64,000 nt of DNA from Solimonas sp. K1W22B-7. Lineage in GTDB: Bacteria; Pseudomonadota; Gammaproteobacteria; Nevskiales; Nevskiaceae. The notes beneath the pieces were generated by a model, which had not been told where the DNA came from, searched no databases, and saw only the letters and a list, made by a program, of their open reading frames with translations. Numbering within the stretch: the stretch's first letter is position 1; every line of letters starts with the position of its first letter. The stretch is taken from positions 4,474,071 through 4,538,070 of the forward strand of contig NZ_CP031704.1 of assembly GCF_003428335.1 (NCBI RefSeq), given 5' to 3'. The translations under genes were made by a program, and so were the position numbers. Below are positions 1-9,721 of this stretch, one piece after another.

Positions 1-25
1 GTCCACCCCGACGGCCAACGCCGCC

Positions 26-1132
26 ATGAGCGATGCGCAGAAATCCGCCCATATCCGCCAGACCGTGCTGCAGGCCGGCGTGGCCCTGCGCGAGCGCCAC
101 CCCTGGCTGCGCCACCAGGACGCCATCGGCGGCAGCGTGATGGCCCTGTCGGTGCTGGGCATGATCGCCAGTGGCGTGCTCTACGGCATTGGCCAGATAC
201 CGTGGTGGGTCTGCGTTCCGGTCAGTGCGCTGTTCGCCTCGTTCATCCACGAGCTGGAACACGACCTGATCCATACGATGTACTTCCGCCAGAGCCCGCG
301 CGCCTGGAACCTGATGATGGCGCTGTGCTGGCTGACGCGGCCGAGCACCGTGAGTCCCTGGGCACGCAAGCGCCTGCACCTGCATCATCACAAGTTCTCC
401 GGCACCGACACCGACCTGGAAGAATACGGCATCACCAACGGCGAGCCCTGGGGCCTGAAGCGCCTGCTGATGGTGGGTGACCACATGCTGGCGATCTACC
501 TGCGCCCGGTGGGCATGCACCGCGTATCGCGCAACTACATCCGCGCGCAGCAGCCCAAGAGCAAGGAGGAGTTCCGCGCCCTGGTGCGCGAGAACCTGCT
601 GAGCTACATGCCGCTGGGCCTGCTGCATTACGCGCTGTGGCACGGCTTCCTGGCGGCGAATGCGCTGCTGTTCGCCGCCTCGCTGGCCGGACACCCGCTG
701 CCGCTGGCGGCCTGGTCGCAGGCCATCGGCGTGGACCTGCCGGCGCTGCTGTCGCTGTGGACCACCACGGTGGTGGTGTGGCTGGCGCCCAACGTGCTGC
801 GCGTGTTCTGCCTGCACTTCATCAGCTCCAACATGCACTACTACGGCGACGTGGAGCCGGGCAACGTGATGCAGCAGACCCAGGTGCTGAACCCCTGGTG
901 GCTGTGGCCGATGCAGCTGTTCTGCTTCAACTTCGGCGGCACCCACGCGATCCATCATTTCGCGGTGAAGGAGCCGTTCTACGTGCGCCAGGCCACGGCG
1001 CAGACGGCTTACGGGGTGATGCGCGAGATGGGGGTGCGGTTCAATGATTTCGGGACGTTCACGCGGGCGAACCGGTGGGCGATGAAGACGGGGGCGAAGG
1101 TGGCGCCGGCGGGGGCCGTGACTACTGCCTGA
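26..1132 (+). CDS. Membrane fatty-acid desaturase family protein
   Basis: 368 aa with three His boxes (HELEHDLIH, HLHHHKF, HAIHHF) typical of membrane desaturases/hydroxylases. Hydrophobic segments. Confidence 0.8.
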   Translation: MSDAQKSAHIRQTVLQAGVALRERHPWLRHQDAIGGSVMALSVLGMIASGVLYGIGQIPWWVCVPVSALFASFIHELEHDLIHTMYFRQSPRAWNLMMALCWLTRPSTVSPWARKRLHLHHHKFSGTDTDLEEYGITNGEPWGLKRLLMVGDHMLAIYLRPVGMHRVSRNYIRAQQPKSKEEFRALVRENLLSYMPLGLLHYALWHGFLAANALLFAASLAGHPLPLAAWSQAIGVDLPALLSLWTTTVVVWLAPNVLRVFCLHFISSNMHYYGDVEPGNVMQQTQVLNPWWLWPMQLFCFNFGGTHAIHHFAVKEPFYVRQATAQTAYGVMREMGVRFNDFGTFTRANRWAMKTGAKVAPAGAVTTA

Positions 1133-1142
1133 TGCCCCCCTC

Positions 1143-1219
1143 CCGTAGGAGCGGCTGTCAGCCGCGATGGGCGGCGGCCATAGTGCCCGGCGCTCGCGGC
1201 TAACAGCCGCTCCTACGGG
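1143..1219. repeat. REPIN-like palindrome, family 1 (GTAGGAGCGGC...GCCGCTCCTAC, SMAG-like GTAG-terminated REP pair)
   Basis: Two inverted copies of GTAGGAGCGGCTGT(C/T)AGCCGCGA in an intergenic region. Same family recurs at 11693, 19541, 21566 and 47358. Confidence 0.6.
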
Positions 1220-1318
1220 GTTTCACGGATCGAGGTGTTTTACCCCTCTGGACATTTCAGTGAACATATGTAAACTGTAAATATCCAGTCAGGGCGGACT
1301 CGCCGCCGGGGGTTTCCG

Positions 1319-2593
1319 ATGACCAAGCCTTCTTCCCGCGACAGCCTCCTGTCCCAGGTCCGCGGCGCCCTGGCGCTGACCGGCGCCGGACTGGACCAGA
1401 TCACCGGCCACGTGCACGGCTTCCACCGGGCGATCTCCGACATCCCCTTCAAGGGCATGGCTCCGGTTCCCGGCGTCAACGCCGGCAGCGAACCGGTGCG
1501 CCTGATCCACGACGGCATCACCGACGGCGTCTATGGCGCGGTGCGCGGCTCGATGCGCCTGGTGTTCGGCGCCGCCGAGCAGCTGCTGCGCGAGGCCGAG
1601 AAGATCGCCCCGCCCGCCCTGGTGGCACCCAACACGCATCGCGACCTGGCGGTGAGCGCGCTGGCCGGCTTCGTCGGCGACGACATGGCGGTGAAGCGCA
1701 ACCCCTTGGCGCCGCGCATGGGCTTCTACCTGCAGGGCGAGCGCCTGGTGCTGGACCGCGTGGCGCTGAGCGCGGCCTACCCCGACGCCAAGCCGCGCAT
1801 CGTGGTCTTCATCCACGGCCTGGCCTGCAACGAATCAACCTGGGATTTCTACAGCGACCCGGAACAGCCGGAGACGCACCCCTACGGCCCGCGCCTGGAG
1901 CAGGATCTCGACTTCACGCCGGTCTACCTGCGCTACAACAGCGGCCTGCACATCTCGCGCAACGGCGCGCGCATGGCGCGACACCTGCAGCGCCTGGTGG
2001 AGCGCTGGCCGCGCGGCGTGCAGGAGATCGTGCTGGTGGGCCACAGCATGGGCGGCCTGGTGGCTCGCGCGGCGGTGGCCGCGGCGCTGCAGAACCGCAT
2101 CGCCTGGGCCGACCAGCTCAGCAATGTCATCTGTCTCGGCTCGCCGCACCTCGGCGCACCCCTGGAGCGCTGGGTGGATGCCGGCGTGCGCCTGATGCGC
2201 CGCGTGCCGCTGTCGCGTCCGCTGGCGGAGCTGCTGCATTCGCGCTCGGTGGGCGTGAAGGATCTGTTCCATGGTTATGTCGACGACGGCGACTGGCGCG
2301 GACGCGTCACGCACCACGATGGCGGCGGCGCGACGCGCATCCCCAAGGCGCCGCATGCGCGCTACCACTTCTTCGGCTGCACGCTGGGCAACGACGAGCA
2401 GGACCTGGTGGGCCGCGTGATCGGCGACGGACTGGTGCTGCTGCCCAGTTCCACCGCCGCGCACCTGGCGGACGCGGATACGGCGGTGCTGTTCCGCACC
2501 AATCACCTGCGGCTGCTGAACCACCCGGTGATCTATGGCTTGATCAGGGATGCGGTCAGCGGACGCAAGCTGCTGGAAGGCGAAGTGCTCTGA
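1319..2593 (+). CDS. Alpha/beta hydrolase, putative lipase/esterase
   Basis: 424 aa with a GHSMGG nucleophile-elbow motif; lipase-like alpha/beta fold. Confidence 0.75.
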   Translation: MTKPSSRDSLLSQVRGALALTGAGLDQITGHVHGFHRAISDIPFKGMAPVPGVNAGSEPVRLIHDGITDGVYGAVRGSMRLVFGAAEQLLREAEKIAPPALVAPNTHRDLAVSALAGFVGDDMAVKRNPLAPRMGFYLQGERLVLDRVALSAAYPDAKPRIVVFIHGLACNESTWDFYSDPEQPETHPYGPRLEQDLDFTPVYLRYNSGLHISRNGARMARHLQRLVERWPRGVQEIVLVGHSMGGLVARAAVAAALQNRIAWADQLSNVICLGSPHLGAPLERWVDAGVRLMRRVPLSRPLAELLHSRSVGVKDLFHGYVDDGDWRGRVTHHDGGGATRIPKAPHARYHFFGCTLGNDEQDLVGRVIGDGLVLLPSSTAAHLADADTAVLFRTNHLRLLNHPVIYGLIRDAVSGRKLLEGEVL

Positions 2594-2606
2594 GGGTGGC
2601 GGCCAT

Positions 2607-2684
2607 GTAGCCCGGTTTGCCGCAGGCAAGCCGGGGATCAGGCCCCACCGTCGCTCCCGGCTTCCCTGCGGGAAACCGGGCTAC
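2607..2684. repeat. REPIN, family 2 (GTAGCCCGGTTT(C/G)CCG(A/C)AGG(G/C)AAGCCGGG inverted pair)
   Basis: Two inverted REP copies between convergent genes. Same family flanks the RAYT gene at 16389-17070. Confidence 0.6.
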
Positions 2685-2715
2685 GGGAAATCAATGCGCA
2701 GGGTGTGTCAGCGCC

Positions 2716-3153
2716 TCAGGGCCCGATCAGCATGAAGCGCCAGGCGATGGAGATCAGCACGCCGGCGGTCAGCGTGGAGCGCAGGCGGAAGTAGCCGCCG
2801 ATCGTGTCCAGCACGCGCTCGCGCCAGAAGTCGGCGAGCAGCAGCAGCATGAACACCGTCGCCAGTGCCGCCAGCGCGGGAGCGAAGCTCAGGCTCACCG
2901 CTGCCCAGGCCAGCAGCACCAGGCCCGCCGACATCGCGAGGCCGATCAGGCCCTGCGGACCCTGCACCGCCGGCAGGGCGAAACCCCAGAAGGTGCCGGC
3001 CATGAAGGCCGCGATCAGGCCCGCCCAGGCGAGCCAGGCGTGGTCCAGCCACTGCGGCGCGGTTTCCGGGGAGAAGGTCCACCAGGCCGGGCCGATGAAG
3101 AAGGGGATCAGGCCGGCATAACCCAGGGCGAGGACGATCTTCGGCAGGTTCAT
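2716..3153 (-). CDS. DUF3429-like small membrane protein
   Basis: 145 aa with four hydrophobic helices; N-terminus MNLPKIVLALGYAGLIPFF. Confidence 0.65.
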   Translation of the reverse strand: MNLPKIVLALGYAGLIPFFIGPAWWTFSPETAPQWLDHAWLAWAGLIAAFMAGTFWGFALPAVQGPQGLIGLAMSAGLVLLAWAAVSLSFAPALAALATVFMLLLLADFWRERVLDTIGGYFRLRSTLTAGVLISIAWRFMLIGP

Positions 3154-3181
3154 GCGGACGCTCCCTGGATGCTGTGTGGAC

Positions 3182-3541
3182 TCACAGTAACTCTTTCACC
3201 GCCTCCGGCGGGCGGCCCAGGCGCGCCTGGGCGCCGCGCACCACGATGGGCCGCTCGATCAGCACCGGGTGGGCTGCCAGCAGGCGCAGCCATTCGGCAC
3301 GGGGCCGCGGGTCTTTCGGCGTCAGTTTCAGGGACTTGGCCTCTTCTTCCTTGAAGCGGACCAGGGCCTGCGGCTCGACGCCGAGCTTGCGGCAGAGGCC
3401 GTCCAGCGCGGCCGCATCCGGCGGGTCCTTGAGGTACTCGACGACCTGCGGCTCGACCCCGGCATCCCTGATCAATTGCAGGGTTTCGCGGCTCTTGCTG
3501 CAGCGCGGGTTGTGGTAGATCACGATCTTGGCTGTCGGCAT
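3182..3541 (-). CDS. ArsC/Spx-family (glutaredoxin-like) reductase, YffB type
   Basis: KIVIYHNPRCSKSR N-terminal CxxS motif and ArsC-family fold. ATG at 3541 chosen over the longer upstream extension in the ORF track. Confidence 0.7.
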   Translation of the reverse strand: MPTAKIVIYHNPRCSKSRETLQLIRDAGVEPQVVEYLKDPPDAAALDGLCRKLGVEPQALVRFKEEEAKSLKLTPKDPRPRAEWLRLLAAHPVLIERPIVVRGAQARLGRPPEAVKELL

Positions 3542-3642
3542 TCTCCGATTGTCGGCAACCGGGGGCGGGAGCACAATCCGGGCGCCGGCATCCCCCGCCG
3601 GCGGACCCGGGCACGAAGCGGTGCCCTGCCAAGGAGCGGCAC

Positions 3643-4611
3643 ATGAGATCACGCTGGTCGCGCGTCCTCGCCCTCGCCCTCGCCGGTCTCAGCCTGGGCC
3701 TCGCCGCCCCGGCACAGGCGACTTCCGTGGTCGCCGTGGAAAACGTGCAGGCCTTCCAGGAGACCATCAGCCACCAGAACGCCGGTCGCACGGTGCTGGT
3801 CCTGCGCCCCGCGGTGCCGGCCAGCAGCACACCGCCGCCGGTGTTCGTGCTGCTGCACTTCCTCGACGGCAGCTCCTCGGAGATGGCCAACCTGGTGGAG
3901 ATCTCCAAGCTGGTGCGCGACCGCGGCGCCTGGGTGCTGCTGCCGCAGGCGATCCAGGGCAACTGGAACCATACCCCGAACGCGGCGGACAACCTCGGCG
4001 GGCTCGGCGCCATCGACCTGCATGCCGGGCTGGTCGGCTTCAGCGCGGTGGACGATGTCGGCTTCCTGGCCAAGATGATCGACACGCTGACGGCGCGCTA
4101 CGGCCTGGACGCGCATCGCGTCTACATGGGCGGCTACTCCAACGGCGCGCTGATGACGCTGCGCTTCGCCTGCGAGCGGCCCGAGAAGATCGCCGGCGGC
4201 GCCGTGGTGGGCGCCACCATGCGCAATACGCAGCAGCCGGCCTGCCAGCCGGGCCACCCGGTATCGATGCTCTACATCAACGGCACGGCCGACCAGGTGG
4301 CGCCCTATGCCGGCGGCCCCACCAGCCTCTCGGCCGATGCCGCGCTGGCGTTCTGGGTGCAGGCCAACGGCTGCAACCCGACCCCGCAGACCACGACGCT
4401 GCCGGACACGGCACCGGACGGCACCACCACGCAACGCCGTGCCTGGCGCAGCTGCGCCGGAGGCGTCGGCGTGGACCACTACATCGTGCAGAACGGCGGC
4501 CATACCTGGCCGGGCACGATCGACTTCACACCCTCGCTGGGCAAGGCCTCGCAGGACTTCCAGGCCACCGACGCGATCTGGAACTTCTTCATGCAGTACA
4601 GCCGCCCGTGA
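3643..4611 (+). CDS. Secreted esterase, PHB-depolymerase/LpqC family
   Basis: Signal peptide (LALALAGLSLGLAAPAQA) and a GGYSNGALM serine-hydrolase motif. Confidence 0.75.
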   Translation: MRSRWSRVLALALAGLSLGLAAPAQATSVVAVENVQAFQETISHQNAGRTVLVLRPAVPASSTPPPVFVLLHFLDGSSSEMANLVEISKLVRDRGAWVLLPQAIQGNWNHTPNAADNLGGLGAIDLHAGLVGFSAVDDVGFLAKMIDTLTARYGLDAHRVYMGGYSNGALMTLRFACERPEKIAGGAVVGATMRNTQQPACQPGHPVSMLYINGTADQVAPYAGGPTSLSADAALAFWVQANGCNPTPQTTTLPDTAPDGTTTQRRAWRSCAGGVGVDHYIVQNGGHTWPGTIDFTPSLGKASQDFQATDAIWNFFMQYSRP

Positions 4612-4622
4612 GGAGAACCATC

Positions 4623-5879
4623 ATGCTCACCAGCAAGTTTTCCGGCGGCGCACTGCTGATCGCGGTCCTGGCGGCCTGCGGAGGCGGCCGCAGCGACGCC
4701 AGCGAATCCGCGCCGCAGCAGGCGCGCGCGCTGGGCAACGCCTCCCAGGTCAACCAGTACAGCGCCGGCGACCAGCAGGCGCCCGCCGCCGCGGGCGATG
4801 CCGCCGGCAACGTGGTGGTGGCCTGGGACAGTGTCGGCCAGGACGGCAGCCTCTCCGGCATCTACGCACGGCGCCTGGACAGCGCCGGCAACGCGCTGGG
4901 CAACGAGTTCCGCGTCAACACGCGCACCGACAACCGCCAGATCCTGCCGGCGGTGGCGATGAGCCCAGACGGCCGCTTCGCGGTGGCCTGGAACAGCAAT
5001 GGCGTCAACGGCGTGGGCCTGGGCATCTATGTGCAGCGCTACGCCGCCGACGGGACGCCGCAGGGAGGCGAGATCGAGGTCGCCGTCAGCGGCGAGTATT
5101 CGATCCAGCCGGGCGCCGGCGTGGCGATGGATCCGCAGGGCAACTTCATCGTCCTCTGGGCCGATCGCCGCATTCCCGGCGGCTTCTCGTCGCTGGACAC
5201 GCGCACGGTCCAGGTACAGCGCTACAGCGCCGACGGCAGCCCCAAGGGCGGGCCGGTGACGGTGGAGGCTTCGAGCTTCCCCACGGTACGCAATCCCACC
5301 GCGACGATGGACGCCGCCGGCAATTTCGTCGTGGCCTGGGTGCAGGGGCCCTCGGGCGTGTCCAAGAGCCAGGTCTTCGCGCGGCGCATCTTCGCCAGCG
5401 GCCTGCCGCGCGGCTTCGCCTTCCGCGTGTCGGAGAACAACGCGCAGGTCTCCGACGTGGACCGCGCGCGCATCGCCGGCAACGACGCCGGGGCTTTCGT
5501 GGTCGTGTGGGAACCGCTGGCGCTGGACGCGAGCAGCAGCGGCGCCTGGCTGCGCGTCTACAACGCGGCGGGCCAGGCCCTGCGCAGCGGCTTCCGCGCC
5601 GGCACCAACGGCGAGATCAGGCGCCATCCGACGGTGAGCATGAATGCCGGCGGCTTCGTGGTGGCCGGGCATGGCAATGGCGTGTGGGCACAGCGCTATG
5701 ACCTGCAGGGGAATCGCATCGGCACGGACTTCCGGCCCGACACTTCGGGCGCGCCGTATACGCAGCTATTTGGCGTGCCGGTGCTGGACAGCCACGGCGG
5801 GCTGACGCTGGTGTGGCAGGACTGGCAGCAGGACGGGGATGGTCGGGGGATCAGTTCGCGGCGGTATGCAGCGCCTTAG
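4623..5879 (+). CDS. Lipoprotein with six tandem ~65-aa repeats (beta-propeller-like)
   Basis: ATG at 4623 preceded by GAGGAG; lipobox LAACGG. Repeated units A/VW.S.G.(D/N)G...GIY.(Q/R)R(Y/L). The 783-aa ORF-track product is an artefactual upstream extension across the esterase gene. Confidence 0.6.
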   Translation: MLTSKFSGGALLIAVLAACGGGRSDASESAPQQARALGNASQVNQYSAGDQQAPAAAGDAAGNVVVAWDSVGQDGSLSGIYARRLDSAGNALGNEFRVNTRTDNRQILPAVAMSPDGRFAVAWNSNGVNGVGLGIYVQRYAADGTPQGGEIEVAVSGEYSIQPGAGVAMDPQGNFIVLWADRRIPGGFSSLDTRTVQVQRYSADGSPKGGPVTVEASSFPTVRNPTATMDAAGNFVVAWVQGPSGVSKSQVFARRIFASGLPRGFAFRVSENNAQVSDVDRARIAGNDAGAFVVVWEPLALDASSSGAWLRVYNAAGQALRSGFRAGTNGEIRRHPTVSMNAGGFVVAGHGNGVWAQRYDLQGNRIGTDFRPDTSGAPYTQLFGVPVLDSHGGLTLVWQDWQQDGDGRGISSRRYAAP

Positions 5880-5902
5880 GGTTCCTCGCAACAACACACG
5901 AA

Positions 5903-6040
5903 CCGTTCACACCGAGTCCCTCGATACGATCCGCCTTGGCGGATCACTCGGGATAGCCGGGGTTCAAGCGTATCGAGGTGCGCCACGGTGCCTCGATACG
6001 CGACGCTTCGCGGCGCTACTCGGCATGAACGGTCTGGTAT
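5903..6040. repeat. Cluster of REP-like units, family 3 (CCTCGATACG ... GCGCTACTCGG.(A/G)TGAACGG.TCT)
   Basis: Several direct and inverted partial copies in an intergenic region. A second clean inverted pair sits at 35655-35760. Confidence 0.45.
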
Positions 6041-6049
6041 AGATGCTGG

Positions 6050-7042
6050 CTACCACTTGGCGTGATGCTGCTCCACCACCCCGAACCCCTCCACCTTCTT
6101 CACCCCATCCGTCGTCTTCAGCGTTCCCGTAAACCGCCCGAACGGCTGCGTGAAGCGGCTGGCCAGCAACCCCACCGAGATGTCCTCGCGCCGCTCGCCC
6201 TCCGGCACGAACTGCACATCGAGCACGCCATCGGCGGTATGCACGCGCCAGGGCTGCAGCAGCTGCGCCGGGTCGTACTGGAACACGGCCTGCGCCAGCG
6301 GCAGCAGGCGATCGCCGAGCCACATGGCGTTCTCGTGGCCGTTCATGAAATGCGCAACCAGATTCACGCCGATGCGCTGGCCGTCTTCGGTGACGCCATC
6401 GAGGCTGGCCCAGTTCCAGTCGGTGTGGCGCGGCGGGTAGCCCAGGGTGAAATCCAGCGTGCCGGTGGCGTCTTGCTCAATGCGCTGTCCGTCGATTTCC
6501 AGCGCCAGGCGCAGCGGCAGCGCACAGAGCTTCCAGGTGTGATGGAAGGGCCGGCCGGGTGAGGAGGCGATGGCGGTCATGCCGGGGCCGGCGTCGCGGA
6601 ACTCCATCTGCAGCTTCAGGCCCGGCGCCTCGAAGCGCACGTCCCAGCCGCTGCCGGCGGGTCGTGCATGCCAGTGGCGCTTGCCGCCGCGCAGCTGCCA
6701 GTCGGCATCCGGCGAGGGAGCGAAATCGGTAGCGAAGCCGAAGGGCACGGTGGCCTTGTGCTCGGTGAGCTTCTTCGCCTGGCGGTCGTAGACGTAGACG
6801 AAGGCGGTGGCCATCAGGCCGGCGTCGGCCACGGCGTAGCCGACCATGTAGCGCGGCGTGAAGGCGCCGAAGTACATCCAGCCCTTGCGCTGCAGGCGGC
6901 GCGGCGAGAAGGCGCCGCGGCTGCCGTCCCAGGCGGCGGTGGAGAGATCGAAGACGCGGCCCTCGTAGCGGCCGTAGTCGGCGACGCGGCCGGAGCCGGC
7001 ATGCAGGGCGGGCGGCGCGGCGGGGAGTCTGGAGTCGGTCAT
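6050..7042 (-). CDS. DUF2804-like protein
   Basis: 330 aa. ATG at 7042 (MTDSRLPAAPP) avoids overlap with the Kelch gene; W/F-rich beta-type sequence. Confidence 0.6.
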   Translation of the reverse strand: MTDSRLPAAPPALHAGSGRVADYGRYEGRVFDLSTAAWDGSRGAFSPRRLQRKGWMYFGAFTPRYMVGYAVADAGLMATAFVYVYDRQAKKLTEHKATVPFGFATDFAPSPDADWQLRGGKRHWHARPAGSGWDVRFEAPGLKLQMEFRDAGPGMTAIASSPGRPFHHTWKLCALPLRLALEIDGQRIEQDATGTLDFTLGYPPRHTDWNWASLDGVTEDGQRIGVNLVAHFMNGHENAMWLGDRLLPLAQAVFQYDPAQLLQPWRVHTADGVLDVQFVPEGERREDISVGLLASRFTQPFGRFTGTLKTTDGVKKVEGFGVVEQHHAKW

Positions 7043-7055
7043 GTGCAGGGCTGCT

Positions 7056-8024
7056 TCAGGGAGTGAGGGCATCGTTGACGTCGGTGGGTCCGAGAATTTC
7101 GCGATCGGCACCGCCGGGCACGTGCAGGCGGCCCTGGTAGCCGGCCGCGCCGATGCCATGGCGCGGCAGCAGCATCGGTGCCAGCGCGCGCCAGGTGTCG
7201 GAACCGGGATCGTAGATTTCGGATTGGCCGAATACGCCGCGCGGCGAATCGTCGTTGCCTTCGCCGCCGACCATGATGATGCGTCCGTTCACCACGCCGG
7301 CCGCACCGCCGCCGCGCGGGGTCGGCAGCGCCGCGCGCGCCTGCCACTGGCGCGTGCGCGGATCGTAGGCCTCGACCTCGCCATGCAGCTCGCCGCTGCG
7401 TCCGCCGATGGCGTAGAAGCGGCCATCCACCGCGGCACCGGCGACGTGCTCGCGCGCGGTCGGCAAGTCCGGCAGCGTGGTCCACTGGTCGGCGACGGGA
7501 TCGTAGACGTCGAACTCGGTCGTGGCCTGCAGGTTGCGCTGGCCGCCGGCCAGGTAGATGCGTCCATCGATGACGCCGACCGCCGCCGCGCCGCGCTGGC
7601 GCCCTGCCGGCAGGGATGCCCGTGCGCGCCAGGTATTGGCGGCGGCATCGTATTCGTAGACGTCGCCCAGCGCGATGAAGGCCGGCGTGACGAGGTTGAA
7701 GCCGCCCAGCACGTAGAGCCGGCCGTTGGCGGCGGCGACGCCGGGGTGGTGGATCGGCTTGGGCAGCGGCGCGATCTCGCGCCAGCTGTCGCTGGCCGGG
7801 TCGTAGGCGATGGCGCTGGCCAGCGTCAGGCCCAGGCCGTCCATGCCGCCGACGACGTAGATGTCGCCGTCCAGTTCGGCCACGCCGTGCTCCTGGCGCG
7901 GCGCCGGCAGCGGCGCCCGCGTATGCCAGCCCGGCGCCTCGCCCGGCAGGCGCTGGTCGCCGCCGTCGCTGGAACCGCAGGCGCAGAGCAGCAGCGCCAG
8001 GGCCGTCGTTATCGTTCTTGTCAT
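7056..8024 (-). CDS. Kelch-repeat lipoprotein
   Basis: MTRTITTALALLLCACGSS lipobox, then six Kelch-type repeats (GG...RLYV/YAIGG). GGGGAG RBS. The 636-aa ORF-track product is a frame read-through into the next gene. Confidence 0.75.
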   Translation of the reverse strand: MTRTITTALALLLCACGSSDGGDQRLPGEAPGWHTRAPLPAPRQEHGVAELDGDIYVVGGMDGLGLTLASAIAYDPASDSWREIAPLPKPIHHPGVAAANGRLYVLGGFNLVTPAFIALGDVYEYDAAANTWRARASLPAGRQRGAAAVGVIDGRIYLAGGQRNLQATTEFDVYDPVADQWTTLPDLPTAREHVAGAAVDGRFYAIGGRSGELHGEVEAYDPRTRQWQARAALPTPRGGGAAGVVNGRIIMVGGEGNDDSPRGVFGQSEIYDPGSDTWRALAPMLLPRHGIGAAGYQGRLHVPGGADREILGPTDVNDALTP

Positions 8025-8047
8025 CGGCGCTCCCCCGAGAGAGCCGA

Positions 8048-8929
8048 TTATGCCTTGCGCTCCCACTCCGGCGGCGCCCACAGGTGCTTCATGCGCTGCG
8101 CCAGCGGGCCGGGGCGGAACACGTCGGCCCACATGTCGCGGAACTCGTGGAAGTTCAGCGTGAAGATGTTGTAGGAATTGATCTGCTTGGGAATCCCGTA
8201 CTCCACCTTCTCCACCTCGGCCTCGTAGCTGCCGAACCAGCGGTCGAAGATGCAGAGGATGCCGCCGAAGTTCTTGTCGATGTACTGCGGGTTGCGGCCG
8301 TGGTGCACGCGGTGGCTGGAGGGTGTGACGAACAGGTACTCCATCCACGGGTGCAGCTTGCCGACGCTCTCGGTATGCACGAAGTACTGGTAGGCCAGGT
8401 CCACGCCGTAGAGCAGGAACACCACCGCCGGGTGCACGCCCAGCAGCACCAGCGGCATGAAGAACAGCCACCAGCCGGTGATGGAGTACAGCAGGCTCTG
8501 ACGCATCGCCGTGGTCAGGTTCATGTGCTGGCCGCTGTGGTGCACCACGTGGGCGCTCCAGAACCAGCGTACACGGTGACTGGTGCGGTGGAACCAGTAG
8601 TAGCAGAACTCCACGCCGAACAGCATCAGCGGCAGCGTCCAGACATTGACCGGGATGGTGAAGAAGCGGTGCTCCCAGAACCACAGGGAAGCCGCGCCGG
8701 TGATCGCCAGGTGGGCGAACAGTTCGAACAGCGAGTAGCTGCCACCCAGGCCCAGGTTGGCGAGGATGTCCTTGAACTGGAACTGCTCGCGGGCACCGCG
8801 CTTGCGCATGACCTGCCACTCGATCGCGAAGGCGATCAGGAAGATCGGCGTCATCGCGCCCAGCAGCAACTGCTTCCAGTCCTGGTCGGCACCGATCACC
8901 GCCTCGATCCCCTCCATCCATTCCATCAT
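8048..8929 (-). CDS. Sterol desaturase / fatty-acid hydroxylase family protein
   Basis: HRTSHRVRWFW, HVVHHS and HRVHHG His boxes; four transmembrane segments. Confidence 0.8.
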   Translation of the reverse strand: MMEWMEGIEAVIGADQDWKQLLLGAMTPIFLIAFAIEWQVMRKRGAREQFQFKDILANLGLGGSYSLFELFAHLAITGAASLWFWEHRFFTIPVNVWTLPLMLFGVEFCYYWFHRTSHRVRWFWSAHVVHHSGQHMNLTTAMRQSLLYSITGWWLFFMPLVLLGVHPAVVFLLYGVDLAYQYFVHTESVGKLHPWMEYLFVTPSSHRVHHGRNPQYIDKNFGGILCIFDRWFGSYEAEVEKVEYGIPKQINSYNIFTLNFHEFRDMWADVFRPGPLAQRMKHLWAPPEWERKA

Positions 8930-9211
8930 GGCCCGCTCTCCTCGCCCGCTGTTTTGATGGGAGCATTGTGGCGAGGGGGCGGGAGCAGCGCTTGACCTTG
9001 GACGCCGGGGGGCGTGACAGCAGGCGCCACCCTTGTTTTTCCAGTTATATCAATGACTAACAACCCGCATCACGCCTATCAGACGGCCGGGATATCCCCT
9101 TCGAGACCCGGGAAGCACAGGCAAAGCTGACTCGGTCGGCAGCTTGTGCTTTGCCGCATGGCTGGCAGGATGCTCGCTGCAGCCCCGGAAAGAAGAGTGA
9201 AAGCAACCGAC

Positions 9212-9685
9212 ATGGAAATGCGCAGCAGCGAAACCCTGGTGATCCGCGGTAGCCGCCTGAATAGCCTGTTTGTCCTGTTTGCCTCCCTGATTTTCGTTTT
9301 CCTCGGCGTGATGTCTCTTGAGGACCACCCGATCCTGGCCTGGAGCGGCATCGGCTTCTTCGGCCTGGGCATTCCGGTCGGGCTGATCTTCCTGGTCCGT
9401 CCACCCGAACTGCGGCTGGATTCCCAGGGCTTCCAGATGGTCTCGCTGTTCAAGCCGGCGGTCTTCACTTGGGCGGAAGTGGAAGGCTTCTACATGACAG
9501 AGACTTCCGGGACGAAAATGATCGGCATCGTCTTCTCACCCGATTGCGAGAAGCTTCGGCGCAGCAGGCGCTGGACCGAGGCGTTCACCGGCGTGGCCGG
9601 CGCGGTGCCGGACATGTACACCAGGCCTGCCAGCGAAATCTGCGAGTTGCTCAATGAATGGCGGCGCCGGCACATTGGCCGCTAA
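9212..9685 (+). CDS. Hypothetical membrane protein (two N-terminal transmembrane helices, bacterial PH-like C-terminus)
   Basis: 157 aa from the ATG at 9212 (MEMRSSETL). Hydrophobic hairpin then a soluble domain. Codon usage consistent with the genome. Confidence 0.45.
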   Translation: MEMRSSETLVIRGSRLNSLFVLFASLIFVFLGVMSLEDHPILAWSGIGFFGLGIPVGLIFLVRPPELRLDSQGFQMVSLFKPAVFTWAEVEGFYMTETSGTKMIGIVFSPDCEKLRRSRRWTEAFTGVAGAVPDMYTRPASEICELLNEWRRRHIGR

Positions 9686-9721
9686 GCTGCCCCACCCGAC
9701 TCCCCTCTCCGGACTCCCCAC

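Noticed and set aside
3528-5879. 783-aa ORF spanning the esterase gene and the repeat lipoprotein
   Set aside because: The N-terminal 365 codons are an Arg/Ala/Gly/Pro-rich read-through in a different frame from the esterase gene. The real start is ATG 4623 with GAGGAG RBS and lipoprotein signal.
7056-8966. 636-aa ORF fusing the Kelch gene with sequence over the sterol-desaturase gene
   Set aside because: The upstream 300 codons lie antisense/out of frame over a well-supported gene. The Kelch gene starts at ATG 8024 with signal peptide and RBS.
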